Assembly (NCBI GenBank): GCA_964016885.1
Contig: OZ024740.1
Location: 239,382,001 to 239,446,000, forward strand
Source: Eledone cirrhosa
Taxonomy: Eukaryota
Length of the DNA stretch: 64,000 nt
Direction: 5' to 3'
Position numbers and translations under genes: made by a program. The notes beneath the pieces are model-generated. The model was not told the DNA's origin, ran no database searches, and saw nothing but the letters and a program-made list of their open reading frames with translations. Shown piece after piece: positions 14,560 to 27,362 of this stretch. Numbering within the stretch: position 1 is the stretch's first letter; each line of letters begins with the position of its first letter.

Positions 14560-15375
14560 ATTTCAAGTAATGCCATCACTTGACACCTAAGCATAAGCAG
14601 CACGGACATGCCCTTTTAGTCTTGCTAGGGAGTTGCACACTCTTGCACATACGCTGCAACAATGGAGGCCTCTCACAGTAGGTGTTACAGTCCTGTACTG
14701 GTGCACTTTCAAATGACATTTCAGTCCACCAACTGTGGTAGACTCTTTTCCTTACTCCCCACAAACTGAAATGCCATACAATGCACAGTTGACAGTGTCC
14801 CCATGTACATAGCTTCTCTGATGATTTCCAAGGCCCGCCCTACTTAGACATAACGGGCCAAATTAGTTACAGGTTAAATCAACCTGCATGCCAAGATACT
14901 TAAACAAACCAGACTCAAGACTCTCACGATCACACCGTTTGAGCTGTTCATGTTCAACATGGTTTCTTTCAAGCTCTCCCCTACCATCATGTACTGCCTT
15001 TCTCCAAGAAAGTGTATCTAGAGTGAGGTTATCCAAGTCATTCTCCGATATTTTCATCTTCCTCAGTGTATTTTCAATGCAATTCCTGTACCTTAATTTT
15101 GGTCTGTGCGCTTGTGGTTTACCTTCGACCAGCTCACCATACAGAAACTGGCTAGTGATGCGACCATTCTCACCACATTACCACTCCATCTTAATCGATG
15201 CTGAAATATGAAAGACTCTATACTGGTAGACCGACTGCGTTTAAGGACTTCAGTGTCACTCACGTTAATTTTCCAGTGGATGCCCTGTATATGCCGAAGA
15301 CACTGTTGTTGAAAATGCTCCAACTTTTTTATATGCTTTCGGTAAGTGACCCAATTTACAACAAAGAAGACAAAA
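14560..15375 (-). mobile_element. RTE LINE 3' fragment, second subfamily
   Basis: WVTYRKHIKKLEHFQQQCLRHIQGIHW..RLRWSG plus a degenerate C2H2 region. Confidence 0.82.
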
Positions 15376-15414
15376 CTTACATACATACATATATACATAC
15401 ACACAAACATACAT

Positions 15415-15992
15415 ACATGGTGGCTGCCAACTCGTTTTCGAGTACGGCCACTACTTTATATCCATGTAGGAGAACCCCTACCGATGCGCTGAACGAGTGT
15501 GATTTTTTAGTCCAGCCAGCGACTTGAAAACTCTGGTACAAACACTACACTTGTGACAATTATTGACACATAGTGCTGGGCCCTTGGTACCATGTGACGA
15601 CAAGTGCAGAGAGATCTCCAGATATAAAGCAATGCCTGTGCCGTGAAGCTTCTATAGTGAGCAAAAGCACTGCACAAAGCCAATCCCACTCTCTTAACCA
15701 AGATGATATTTACCAAAAAGAAGAACAAGTCGACATCATTGGATACCATCAGAGTTGCAGGTGTTATATCAGAGTTTTCTTTCTCCTAGAATTCTGCCTT
15801 GACAAAGGCTATAGGGGTCATCTCTCCCGGTGATTTTGGATGGCCATTGACTCTTAAGATCTCCTTTGCCTTTTGACAGGTTTTCTTTTTAGTCCTGCAG
15901 GATGTCCAAAGTCACCCTCCTCACCAAGAAACCTTGGTGGAGTTGCTAGTTTAGTCGCCAACAACCTGACCATGGGACAGGTTGTACTGGAA
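15415..15992 (-). mobile_element. Bipartite non-autonomous RTE derivative (5' UTR joined to last zinc finger and 3' end)
   Basis: Minus strand has an RTE-type 5' UTR motif tctaggagaagaaaactctga, then CSVCTRVFKSLAGLKNH, then the 3' terminal motif; (CATA)n on both sides; relatives at 25350-25650 and 34470-34960. Confidence 0.65.
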
Positions 15993-16066
15993 TACATGTA
16001 CATACATACATACATACATACATACATACATACATACATACATACAAACATACATACATACATACA

Positions 16067-16102
<36 letters not shown>

Positions 16103-16119
16103 CATACATACCTACATAA

Positions 16120-17112
16120 ACGATGTGATAGCTAGAACCATCTAGAGCGCAATTAGGAAAACAAAATTAAAAACAAATGAGGAGAAATATGTTGAGATAG
16201 ATGGCACTAAAGAATACTGGTGGAACCTGAAAATAAAAACTCCCGCAAAATTAAAGCACAACGGGCCTGATATTGTTGTTTGGGACCACACATTGTGCTC
16301 TGTTGTAGAGATCAGTTGCTCGTTTGATGTCAACGTTGTAAGAAAAATACAAGAGAAGGAGGACATGTACGGACCATTGATGAGGAGTTTGCAGATCCGG
16401 TATCCAAGATACACCTTCAGCTTCATATCCATCATTATTGGAGCTACAGGTTATATACCAACCGGCTTGGACCAAAGTATGACTGAACATTCTTGCGATT
16501 CAAGGGATGACAATTTCTGTTCATTTACAACCTTGCCACCAGGAAGGTGGCCGGTCAAAGATGTACTCGAAATTAAGAGAAAGAGAAACATACATACATA
16601 CATGGCTGACTAAACGCACACGTGCATTCCTCCTGTATAAAAATTGTCTATTTTATCATTTTCCTTCTCTCATCTATTTTATTTCTTCTTCAATCTTTCA
16701 TTCCATGAAGATAGGGTTAAACTAATATATATCATCACTGTATTGTTCTCTTCTGTTACATTTTTTCGTTGACCTTTCACATACGACTTACATACATGTG
16801 TGCATACATACACACAAGCAAACATTCATATATACATACATACAAATATACATTCTGCATCTAATAAGTGCATACACACTTGTACAGATACAAAGCATAT
16901 GCACATGCACATATACAACTCAAAACATATACATCCACAGATACAATGACATCCATATCTGCACACATGCATGCAGACATACATACATATCTACCTAGTT
17001 GATGTTGTGTAGATTCCAATGAGAAAGTCTTGTATCTATGTTAGAAACTGACTCTCTCTCTATTGGTAAAAAACTGTGAAATTATAAAACCAGAAGAACA
17101 TAAATAAATACA
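16120..17112 (+). mobile_element. R4/Dong family B fragments (RLE and 3' UTR)
   Basis: EYWWNLKIKTPAKLKHNGPDIVVWD..VVEISCSFD; 3' UTR at 16860-17100 homologous to 8505-8740. Confidence 0.75.
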
Positions 17113-17199
17113 TGATGATGGCTGCCCCCTCGTTATCGAGTATGGCCATTGCACGAGAAAAAAATATATACACACACACACATATATATATATAAGTGC

Positions 17200-18368
17200 A
17201 CAATGGCAAGACTAATTTAACAATGAAAATATAAAAATATAAAATAAACTATGCATAAATATAACAAATTAAATTCCCCGATAGGGGGTGGACGACCCTG
17301 GGGTGATTCGGGTACCCCACCAATCCTGAACCACCCCGCGCTTCTAGAGCACCCAGGGAGAGCACCCCTCTCCTCAAGTTAGCTAGCCTATAGGCGCATG
17401 GTCAGAGTAGGCCCATTTACACGAGCCATTCTCGTCACATTCACCCACCTTTTAGCAAATGTACTGGGGGGCAGCACTTCTCTCTCCACCCTCACCTTCC
17501 TTTCCAGGTGAAACTTGAAGAAGTTGATGAGGGATTGGCCGAAGAGAAAAGTGTCTGTCTTTAGTCCTTTCAACCTGGTCCACCATATAATCTCTTTCGC
17601 AACTGCCACCAGACAGAGGAAAATTTCCTTCTCTTCCTGACCTAAGGAAGGCGGTGGATCGATCTTCACTATGGACTCGTTCCACACGCGACAGTAGCTG
17701 TTCGACATAACTCCACAAGTCAGTAATGCACGGACATTGGACAAGTGCGTGCAGAACGGTTTCGTCGTTCTGTGCGCATCTTGGGCAGGTCCGTCTGACA
17801 GCACTTCCGCGCCTGTAGAGTTTATCCCGAACCGGCAGTGCCCCCCGGTAGCACTGCCAAGCGTGGGGTTTCTGGAAATTGTCCATCGTCCCCGGCTCAA
17901 AAGTCCTCCGGTACAGACTGGTCAGTTCGACTTCGTCGAGACCCAAAACTTCTCCGAGTGCGTCATCGCACTTGCCCACCACTAATCCTCTATAGAACTC
18001 GAGAGTGGAAGTTCCACTGATCGCATTGCCCGCTTGGTAGAGGGCAGTGAGTGCCTGGCAACATTCCAGGTGCCAGTCACCCAGTCTCGGTCTCTTCTTG
18101 ACTCAGGACTGCAGCTCAGTCAAAGAAATGAGCTGCGGAAAGGCCCGTCTGATAAACGTCGACCACACCTGTTCACCGTTGAGGCAGAATATCTGGAGAT
18201 GTCGCAGCCTCAACGCATGTCTGCGCATCATTAGCCACGGCATGCCCAGCCCTCCGCGTAGAGGGTGCTGGCGTAGATGGACCGCCTCGTAGATGGACCG
18301 CCGCGTAGATGGACCGCCTCACCAACGGAACTTGTCCCCTCCACAAGAATTTGAAGAGGAGCCGTTCC
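17200..18368 (-). mobile_element. 5'-truncated Tx1-clade LINE (ORF2 C-terminus)
   Basis: WQCYRGALPVRDKLYRRG..CPRCAQNDETVLHALVQC, homologous to 40203-41170; frameshifted; internal triplication of cgtagatggaccgc near 18272-18318. Confidence 0.9.
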
Positions 18369-18477
18369 AATAACAACAATAATAATAACGACAACAACAA
18401 CAATAATAATATACATAAACATATATATATACACACACACGCACACACACAAACACACCTATACACACACACACACA

Positions 18478-21400
18478 CGATAGCAGCTAACAGCCATGCG
18501 ATCGAATGTGGCTTTTTAGCCCAGCCAATGATCTAAAATGTCTTGCATAGAGTCGGCAACCAAAACATTCACTGGGAATAGCCGGCTGTGGTTAGAGTTC
18601 GTGTACTTTTTCATTTCGCTTGAGCCCTCCTGCTGATTTACATTCTCTACCACATGCTTGGCAAGCATGATGAGTAGCATCTCCAACAGCAGCCTGGTAG
18701 TCAACCACTGGTCTTACTTTATGACTCCGAAGATGACTTTCGAGTCCAGCTTTGCTTAGGCAGAGTCTCGCACAGACGCTACATGTCAGCACCATAGAAG
18801 GACCCTCTCCGTATGGAAGTGCAACAGTAATGCCCTTCCTCACATCCCTCTTTACTTTTTCGTATGCGATTCGAGATGCCTCAAAGGCAACTTTTCCCTC
18901 ATATACAGTCTTTCTCCATTTATTACGATCAGCAGCAATATATTCCCATGTATCAGCAGAGATGTTAGCGTCTTTCAAAGAGGCTTTCAAGGAATCCTTA
19001 TACCTCTTTTTTGGTTTATGTGGCGGTCGTTTTCCTTTAACTAACTCTCCATAAAAGAGTTGTTTTGGTATTCTAGAATCCTTCATCCTGGCAAGGTGAC
19101 CACTCCAACGGAGTCGTTGCTTAAGCACAAGAGCTTCTATACTGTCACACATAGAGCTTTCCAAAATCTCGATATCACTGATGTGGTCCCTCCAGTGAAC
19201 GCTATGGATTCGTCTGAGACACATCTGATGGAAACGCTCCAATTGCTTAAGGTGGTGTCGATATGTGACCCAGGTCTCGCAGGCATAACGAAGAGAAGAG
19301 AGTACACATGCCTTGTATACCTTTACCTTTGTCTTCTTGCAAATGTCTCGCCGACCCCAGAGTCGCCTTTCTAGCTTTCCGAAATAATCACTTGCTTTCC
19401 TAATCCTAAGTGAGATTTCACTATCAAGGTTGCTGTATCGATTGACAGTGTTTCCCAGGTAGACAAACTGATCAACCACTCCAAGTCGTTTACCATACAC
19501 ATAGATATTTGGTTCACTGTACTGCTTACCAGGGGCAGGTTGGTACATGACGACGGTTTTCTTGAGACAGACAGTCAATCCCAGGGCAGTGCAAGCGTCA
19601 GAAAATGCATTCAAAATGTGCTGCATATCACTTTCTGTGTGCGCTACAAGATCGCAATCTTTTGCATACACGAGGTTTCTTATGATTGATGTAAATACTT
19701 TTGTCTTTGAAGCAAAGCACCTGATGTTAAATATGCTGCTTGAGGTTCGATATCGGATGTAAACACCATGCTCGCAATTCCTGAATGCAATAGAGAAAAC
19801 CATTGCAAAGTATATGCCAAATAGGGTCGGCGCTGGAATATCCCCCTGTTTCACTCCATTTTTTACTGAGATAGGCTCCGACATGTTACCTCCTTAACCC
19901 AAGCGGGTTAAGGAGGTAACATGTTACCTAACTAAAGCGAGTAACTTATCAGGGCATCCAAGTTTCTGGCGAACATTCCATAATGCATTTCTGTTAACAG
20001 TATCGAAAGCTTTTGTCAGATCGACAAAAACCTGATACGGATCCAAACCTTGTTCCATGCACTTCTCCTGGAGCTGTCTAGATGAGAAGATCATATCAGT
20101 AGTGCCGCGTCCAGCACGAAAACCAGATTGACTTTCAGGAAGAACAGAATCTGCAATGTGTGTCTGCAGACTGTCCAGAAGCACCCTACATAAAACTTTC
20201 CCTACGACAGAAAGCAATGATATACCTCTGTAGATCCCACAATCATTCCTGTTACCCTATCCCTTGTACAAGACCACCATTACTGTATCTCTCCAGTCCT
20301 CAGGTACGGATTCATTAGCCCATATCCTGCCAAACAAAGAGTGAAGATGTTGCAGGAGTCTCTCACCACCATATTGTAGGAGCTCAGCATGTATGCCATC
20401 CATACCTGGAGACCTTCCACTGTTCAGCTTCGAGATAGCCACTGCAACCTCCACAAGCGTCGGAGGTTCTGCGAGAGCTACTTTCACAGGACTTTCCGGA
20501 ATGAGATTGAGGAAATCTTCATTGACGACAGACGGCTGATTCAAAAGATCATCAAAGTGGTCTCGCGACCTTCGTAGAATTCCTTGTGAGTCACGAAGAA
20601 GTTCTTTGCCATCCTTGCTGCGAAGCGGTGTCACCAGATAAGAAGACGGTCCATAAACTTCACGAAAGAGACTGTACAAGAGCTTTGTGTTATTGGAATC
20701 TGACGCAGTTTGTATCTCACCAGCCTTCTCACTCCACCACTGATCCTTCATCAGAGAAAGACTCCACCTAACACGTGATTTTACATCCTTGAGTTCCTCA
20801 TGCAACATATTCCTCTCCTGTGGGTTTGCCGTCAAGTAGCGTGACAGAGCACGCCTCTTATCAGCCAACAAGTCTTCTATACGTACATCATTCTCATTAA
20901 ACCAGTCCTGATGTTTTCTCTGCACCAATCCTAGAACACACCTGCTTACATCATAAACTGACTTTTTAAGGGTCGGCCAATCCTCACCAAGATTTGCAAC
21001 CTGCATCTCTTCTTCCAATGTCCTCTTCACATGTTTATCCCTGAGACGAGCAGCATTCAATCTTTTGGGCAGAGCAACACCAGGAGCCCGGATTTTACGT
21101 TTAGTGATTAGTTTCACTTTTGCGCGTACCAGGCGGTCGTCCGTCCAGCACTCAGCTCCACGAAGAGCACGAACACACTGCACATGCTGTCTGTCACGCA
21201 TTCTGACTAGGACGTAGTCCAAAAGATGCCATTCCTTAGATGCAGGAAGCATCCATGTGGTCTTGAATTTGTTCTTTTGTTGGAACATGGTGTTGGTAAC
21301 ACTGAGATCCAGCTCCTCACATATCTGCAGCAGGAGCATACCATTGTTGTTACACTTTCCCACCCCATGCCTTCCGATTACATTCCATGTGTTAAAATCC

Positions 21401-21960
21401 CTACCCACTCTAGCATTAAAGTCACCAAGCACGATGACTTTGTCTGCCTGAGGGATATTTCTTAAAACACCTTTCAAGGCATGGTAAAATGACACTTTTT
21501 CTTCATCGACAGAATTCATAGTTGGAGCATATGCGACTCACCAGGGTCGCATATCTTCCTTTGTCCAGCGGAATTCTCATGGACATAAGACGCTCACTAA
21601 TCCCTACTGGGAATTCTTCTAATTTATTCACAAGAACAGTCTTAACAGCAAAACCTACCCCAGCCTCTCTTCTGGTTCCTTCATCTCTTCCTTTCCAGAA
21701 GAATGTATATTATCCACAAAATTCTGTAAGATGACCATCTCCAGCTAACCTCGTCTCAGATAAAGCCACGATGTCAAGATCGTAACGTCGAAGCTCCTTT
21801 ACAACAAGAGCGGTCCTTCGTTCAGGACGCTCCAAGGAATCCCTGTCAAGCAGCGTCCGTACGTTCCAGCAGCCAAGACTAAATGCCTTGTTTGGCTCTA
21901 TTACAATGGCACGATGACGAGTGGGCCCAGGCTGTGATAACCTGGGGCCCCTGCTCTTAT
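18478..21960 (-). mobile_element. Near full-length decayed RTE LINE (APE, RT, C2H2)
   Basis: GCWNVRTLLD..ALSETR, LGDFNARVG, HLLDYV, VDLTKAFDTV, GVKQGD; catalytic YADD reads YAKD; frameshifts; (TG)n tail. Confidence 0.93.
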
Positions 21961-22099
21961 TGCTAATTATCTTTTTTGTTCCAGAACCTAAATTGCCAAT
22001 TATCTCTTTTATATTGTTCTGGAACATCATTGAATTGGAAAAGAAAAGTAATAATAATAGTAACAATAATAATAATAATAATAGTAATTATTATTATTT

Positions 22100-25000
22100 A
22101 AATTAGATGAACAAAAATTGGCCGGGCAGGCTCGAGTAATAAGAACTAATGGGTGGATAAGTGAGCTGGAACTGGAGGAACTGAACAGAGAGATTAGGTT
22201 GGAAATGGAGAGTGGAGTATGCCAGGCAAACGAGCCAGTGGGAAATGAAGGTGAAGAGATTGAGAGAACGGAGGAACCATCCGAAGCAGACAATGATCTG
22301 AATGCTGAAATAAATAATACCTGGAACAAAGATACGGCCATTGAGGAAATGAATGCTGACGGGCTAGGACAAGATTTGGTTGATATCCTAAACTTAGTGG
22401 TAGATGAAATGAACAATGATAGTGGGAAACCTATGAACCTAAGATTTGTAGACAGGAAAAAGTTAAAAGAAACAACAGCTAAGGTAAACAAAGTCATCCC
22501 ATATCTTGAGGCGAGGAGCCTTCACCAGTGAAACAATATCCTCAAAGCAACATCAAATGTGGTGAGGAAATTACTTGGCATAAAAGCGAGAGGAAACAAC
22601 AAACAAGAAAGATCAGAACCTTGGTGGAAGAAACGACTGAATGGTCAAATCAGGGAAATGAGAAATGACATTGGAAAGCTTGAGTCCCTACTGAATGGGA
22701 CACTAAAAAACATAAACACTAAAAATAGACTGGAAATAATGTACAAAACTAGGAGGAAAAGCTGAATATTATCATAGAGGAACTGAAGCAACGCATCGTA
22801 GCAAAGAGTGCAAAAATTAGGCGATACGAGAGCAGATTCAGTCAGTATAGACAGAACCACATGTTTGACAACAACCAGAAGATGTTGTTTGGACAGCTTG
22901 AAGGGAAAGAAAGAGGCAACGACTTGATCCCTGAGGCGGAACAAACTAAAACATTCTGGAGAGGAATATGGGAGCAGGATGTTGAACATAATGATCAGGC
23001 AGTGCGGATTGAGACAGTACAAAAGGAGATTAGTGAACAGGCACACCAACAAACTGATTTGAGTATCACAGTTGAAACTCTTAAGGGGCAGGCCAAACAA
23101 CTAACCAACTGGAAATCACCAGGCCCAGATGGTGTGCAGGGGTATTGGATTAAAAATATAACATCCCTCCACCCGAAACTGACAACCATGTTCAATGACT
23201 GCTTGGTGTCAGGTGAGGTACCAGAGTGGTTGACAAAAGGTACCACAGTTCTGGTAATGAAAGACCGAATCAAGTGTAATGATGTTACCAACTATAGACC
23301 TATCACATGTCTGTCCGTAATGTGGAAACTGTTGACAAGCATTGTGTCTGAGGAAATCTACCATCACCTCCACACAAACAACTTGTTAAGGAACGAACAG
23401 AAAGGATGCTGAAAGAAGTCCCGTGGTACAAGGACCAGTTACTTATTGATAAGATGGTAATGAGGAATTGCAAGAGGAGACACACTGATCTTTCCATGGG
23501 ATGGATAGACTACAAAAAGACATTTGACATGGTGCCTCATTCTTGAATTACCAAAAGCCTAGAGATCTTCAAGATTTCAGATAACATCAGACAGTTGTTG
23601 AGCAAAAGTATGAAATCCTGGAAAACCGAGTTAACATCAGCTGGAGAATCCTTGGGAGGCGTGAAGATCAAGAGAGGTATCTTCAGGGAGATAGTCTGTC
23701 TCCTCTGTTGTTTGTCCTTACCTTGATGCCCCTGACCATTATACTGCGAAAAGTGAGAGAAGGATACAAGTTGGGAAAGGGAGAGCTTACCATCAATCAA
23801 CTCCTCTTCATGGACGATCTTAAGCTCTTCGGGAAGAGTGAGAAGGAGTTGGATGTACTTGTTGACACTGTCCGTATTTTCAGCAATGATATATGTATGC
23901 AATTTGGTATTAGTAAGCGTGGAGTCCTTGTGATGAAGAGGGGTAAATTGAGCAGAAGCAACGGAATCCAGGAACCAACAGGTGAGATGATAAAGGAAAT
24001 TGACACTGAAGAAGGATACAAGTATTTGGGTGTTCTGGAGGCTGATGACATCAAGAACAAAAAAATGAAGGAATTGTTAAGATCTGAATACATTCGGAGA
24101 CTAAGGAGCGTATTAAAGTCACACCTGAACAGTAGGAATGCCATAAGTGCAGTAAATTCCCGAGCTGTGTCTATTATTAGGTACAGTACGGGAATTCTGA
24201 GATGGAATGATGCTGAACAAAAAGAAATGGATAGAAAGACTAGGAAGCTATTGACTATCTACAACATGTTCCATAAGAGGAGTGATGTCGATAGACTCTA
24301 CTTAAGGAGATCTGAAGGTGGAAGAGGTCTTATCAGCATAGAGGACTGTGTTCAGATTCAGAAAAACAACCTGCACAAATACGTGACTGATAGTAAGGAG
24401 CCAATGCTCAGAATTGTACTGAAGGAGAGGACAATAGACCAGGGGATGTTCAAGGAGGAAATAACAACGAGGAGAAAGAGCAGCCTTCAGGAAAAATCCC
24501 TTCATAGTATCTTCTTTGAGAAAACTGAATTCAGAGAACCACAGACATGGAACTGGTTGAAAAGAGGAGACCTTAAAAAGGCTACAGAAGGAATGCTAAT
24601 GGCTGCGCAAGAACAGGCCCTCAAAACGAAGTGGCTGAAACACCATATTTAAAAGGAGGAGGCTAGCCCACTGTGCAGGATCTGTGGAGAGAGAGAGGAG
24701 ACTGTGGCTCACATTGTATCCGAGTGTAAACAGCTAGCCCAGACTCACTATAAAGCCTGGAGACATGATGTGATGGGCAGGGTGATCCAATGGTACCTAT
24801 TCAAAGTAAACAATTTACCACATTTTGAGAAGTGGTATGAGCATAAGCCAGAGTCGGTGATAGAAAACGATCAGGTGAAGGTACTGTGGGATTTTAGGAT
24901 ACAGACGGACAAGAAACTGGAACACAATAGACCTGACCTGGTGGTTTTGGACAAGGAAAAAAGATCATGCCTGATTGTGGATGTGGCCTGCCCATTCGAG

Positions 25001-25321
25001 ACGAGAGTGCAAGAGAAGGAGAGGGAGAAAATTAACCGATACCAGGACTTAAAGTGGGAGGTAAAAAGGATTTGGAACTGCCATGAGGTCAAAGTGGTCC
25101 CGATTGTCATAGGCGCATTAGGTACTATCTCAAAAAGTTTCCAGGGATGGTTAAAGAAAATTGGCCCCGCCCCGCTTTTTGGAACACTTCAAAAGGCATG
25201 CTTGCTGGGAACAGCAAGAACCCTCCGATACGTCCTGAATATCTGAGGCTGCAGGTAGTGGCTTGATATTCATTTCAACAAACTTTCCAGTTAACTAACA
25301 TCAATGACTGAGACTCAAAGA
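22100..25321 (+). mobile_element. R4/Dong-like LINE, family A, near full length, decayed
   Basis: EQKLAGQARVIR N-terminus, NWKSPGPDGVQGYW, NYRPITCL, LLFMDDLKLF, CRIC..H...C zinc knuckle, RHD and NRPDLVV..IVDVACP RLE; (TAA)n at both ends; several stops. Confidence 0.93.
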
Positions 25322-25349
25322 ACAATAATAATAATAATAATATTACACT

Positions 25350-25650
25350 ATTAATAATTATTAATTAATTCTATCGTGCAATGCCTGTGCGTGACGAATA
25401 TTTTTAAAGTGAGGAAAGACTGTGCACTGAGCCAATCCCACTCTCTGAGCGACAGTAGCTATAACCCGAAAAGAAGAAAAGATCAACATCATCGGTAACT
25501 ACTGAGCCGCATGTTTTATGTCGGAGTTAACCCAGTTTCCTGAGATGCCTTCTCCTAGAAGAATGCCCTGACAAGGGCTAGGGATTCTTCACTCCCAATG
25601 GTTTAACTGCGCGATCGGGCATCCAGCCCGATTATTTCTATGTTTCCGCG
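25350..25650 (-). repeat. RTE-5'-UTR-like non-autonomous repeat
   Basis: Closely matches 34525-34822. Confidence 0.75.
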
Positions 25651-25779
25651 CGCGCGCAAAAAAAAAAATCATTTATTGACACTTATACGTACGACATACA
25701 CACATGCGCACACACACACATACATACGCGCGCACACACCAACACTCATACATACAAACAAACACACACACGCTACTCA

Positions 25780-25819
<40 letters not shown>

Positions 25820-25822
<3 letters not shown>

Positions 25823-26343
25823 TACATGTTATCCATGTGCTACCTGCAGTATTTTTCTCTATATTTTATTACATATATTTACCACTGCGATTCTGTGTTT
25901 TTTTCTCTCTCTCTTACTGTTCCCCCATTCTCTCTGTTTCTCCCCCTCTGTCATGTCAGTTAACTCTTCCTCACACTTTCACTCACTCACTGTTTCTCTC
26001 TCTTCTCTTCATTTCATCCTGTACACCACGAAGGCTATTTTTTTCTCTTCTCACATAGCCATCGCTCGTGTCGGGTCTGTTCTAAAAGCGCTCATATATT
26101 CACCTAGCTTATGCTAAACAGAATAATTTTTGAAGCTTGTTTCTTTCCCCTACGGTTAACTATACTCACTCGCTTTACGCGTTTTAATTGTCCTAATAAC
26201 TTATTTTGGTTATTATTGCACCGACGTGAGGTATATGATTTTTAATGCAATGAAATATCTATGATCGTCGGCAAATCACTGATGAGGGACTCATTTTATT
26301 ACATGTTATCCATGTGCTACCTGCAGTATTTTTCTCTATATTT

Positions 26344-26350
<7 letters not shown>
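25820..26350 (+). mobile_element. About 530 bp TA-flanked element with terminal direct repeats
   Basis: tattacatgttatccatgtgctacctgcagtatttttctctatattttatta occurs at 25820 and 26297; homologous to the reverse complement of 56108-56735. Confidence 0.7.
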
Positions 26351-26417
<67 letters not shown>

Positions 26418-26514
26418 CCGTCATTACTGATACAAGATTACAAGATTATGTCAACTGTTGACTTTCAAGAGTTTATATAGTTGAAGCCGTTCGTATTACA
26501 GTCCAGTATTATTA

Positions 26515-26680
26515 TAATTGCTTTACAGCATAACGCTATGGCTCTCCACGCTCTGAGCTCTAATGCCGCCGAGGTCAACCTTGCCTTTCATCCCCACGGA
26601 GTCAACAGAAGAGAGTACCAGTAATACGCTGGCCAGTCGCTGGATCCGTGCCAAAAGCAGAAAAATTATTATTATTATTA
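26515..26680 (+). mobile_element. tRNA-type SINE, diverged, with (ATT)n tail
   Basis: gccgaggtcaaccttgcctttcatcc core shared with 52563-52754. Confidence 0.75.
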
Positions 26681-26976
26681 AAGTTGTTTTCTTAAGGCCC
26701 GGTCGCTGGTGATAGTGATGGCGGCGGCGGTTGTGGTGGTGGTGGTGGCAGTTGATGTTGTTGTTGTGATGTGTGCGTGTGTGTTTTGTCATTTTTATTT
26801 TTTTAATTTTTTATATAAATATAAATACATACATATATACATACATACATACATACATACATACATACATACATACATACACACATATATACATACATAG
26901 ATACATACATACATGATGGCTGCCCCCTCGTTATCGAGTATGGCCATTGCACAATAAAAAAAAAAAAAAAAAAAAA

Positions 26977-27021
<45 letters not shown>

Positions 27022-27052
27022 GAAAAAAAAAAAAAAAAAAAAAAGGGAAAAG

Positions 27053-27085
<33 letters not shown>

Positions 27086-27205
27086 TATACATATATATAT
27101 ACATACACATATATATACACACACATACATACACATACATACATATATACACACACACATACATACACATACACTCACACATATATACACACATACATTA
27201 ATAAC

Positions 27206-27245
<40 letters not shown>

Positions 27246-27324
27246 GCAATAATATTAATAACGACAACAACAACAATAATATACATATTCATATATATAT
27301 ACACACACACGCACGCACATAAGC

Positions 27325-27359
<35 letters not shown>

Positions 27360-27362
<3 letters not shown>

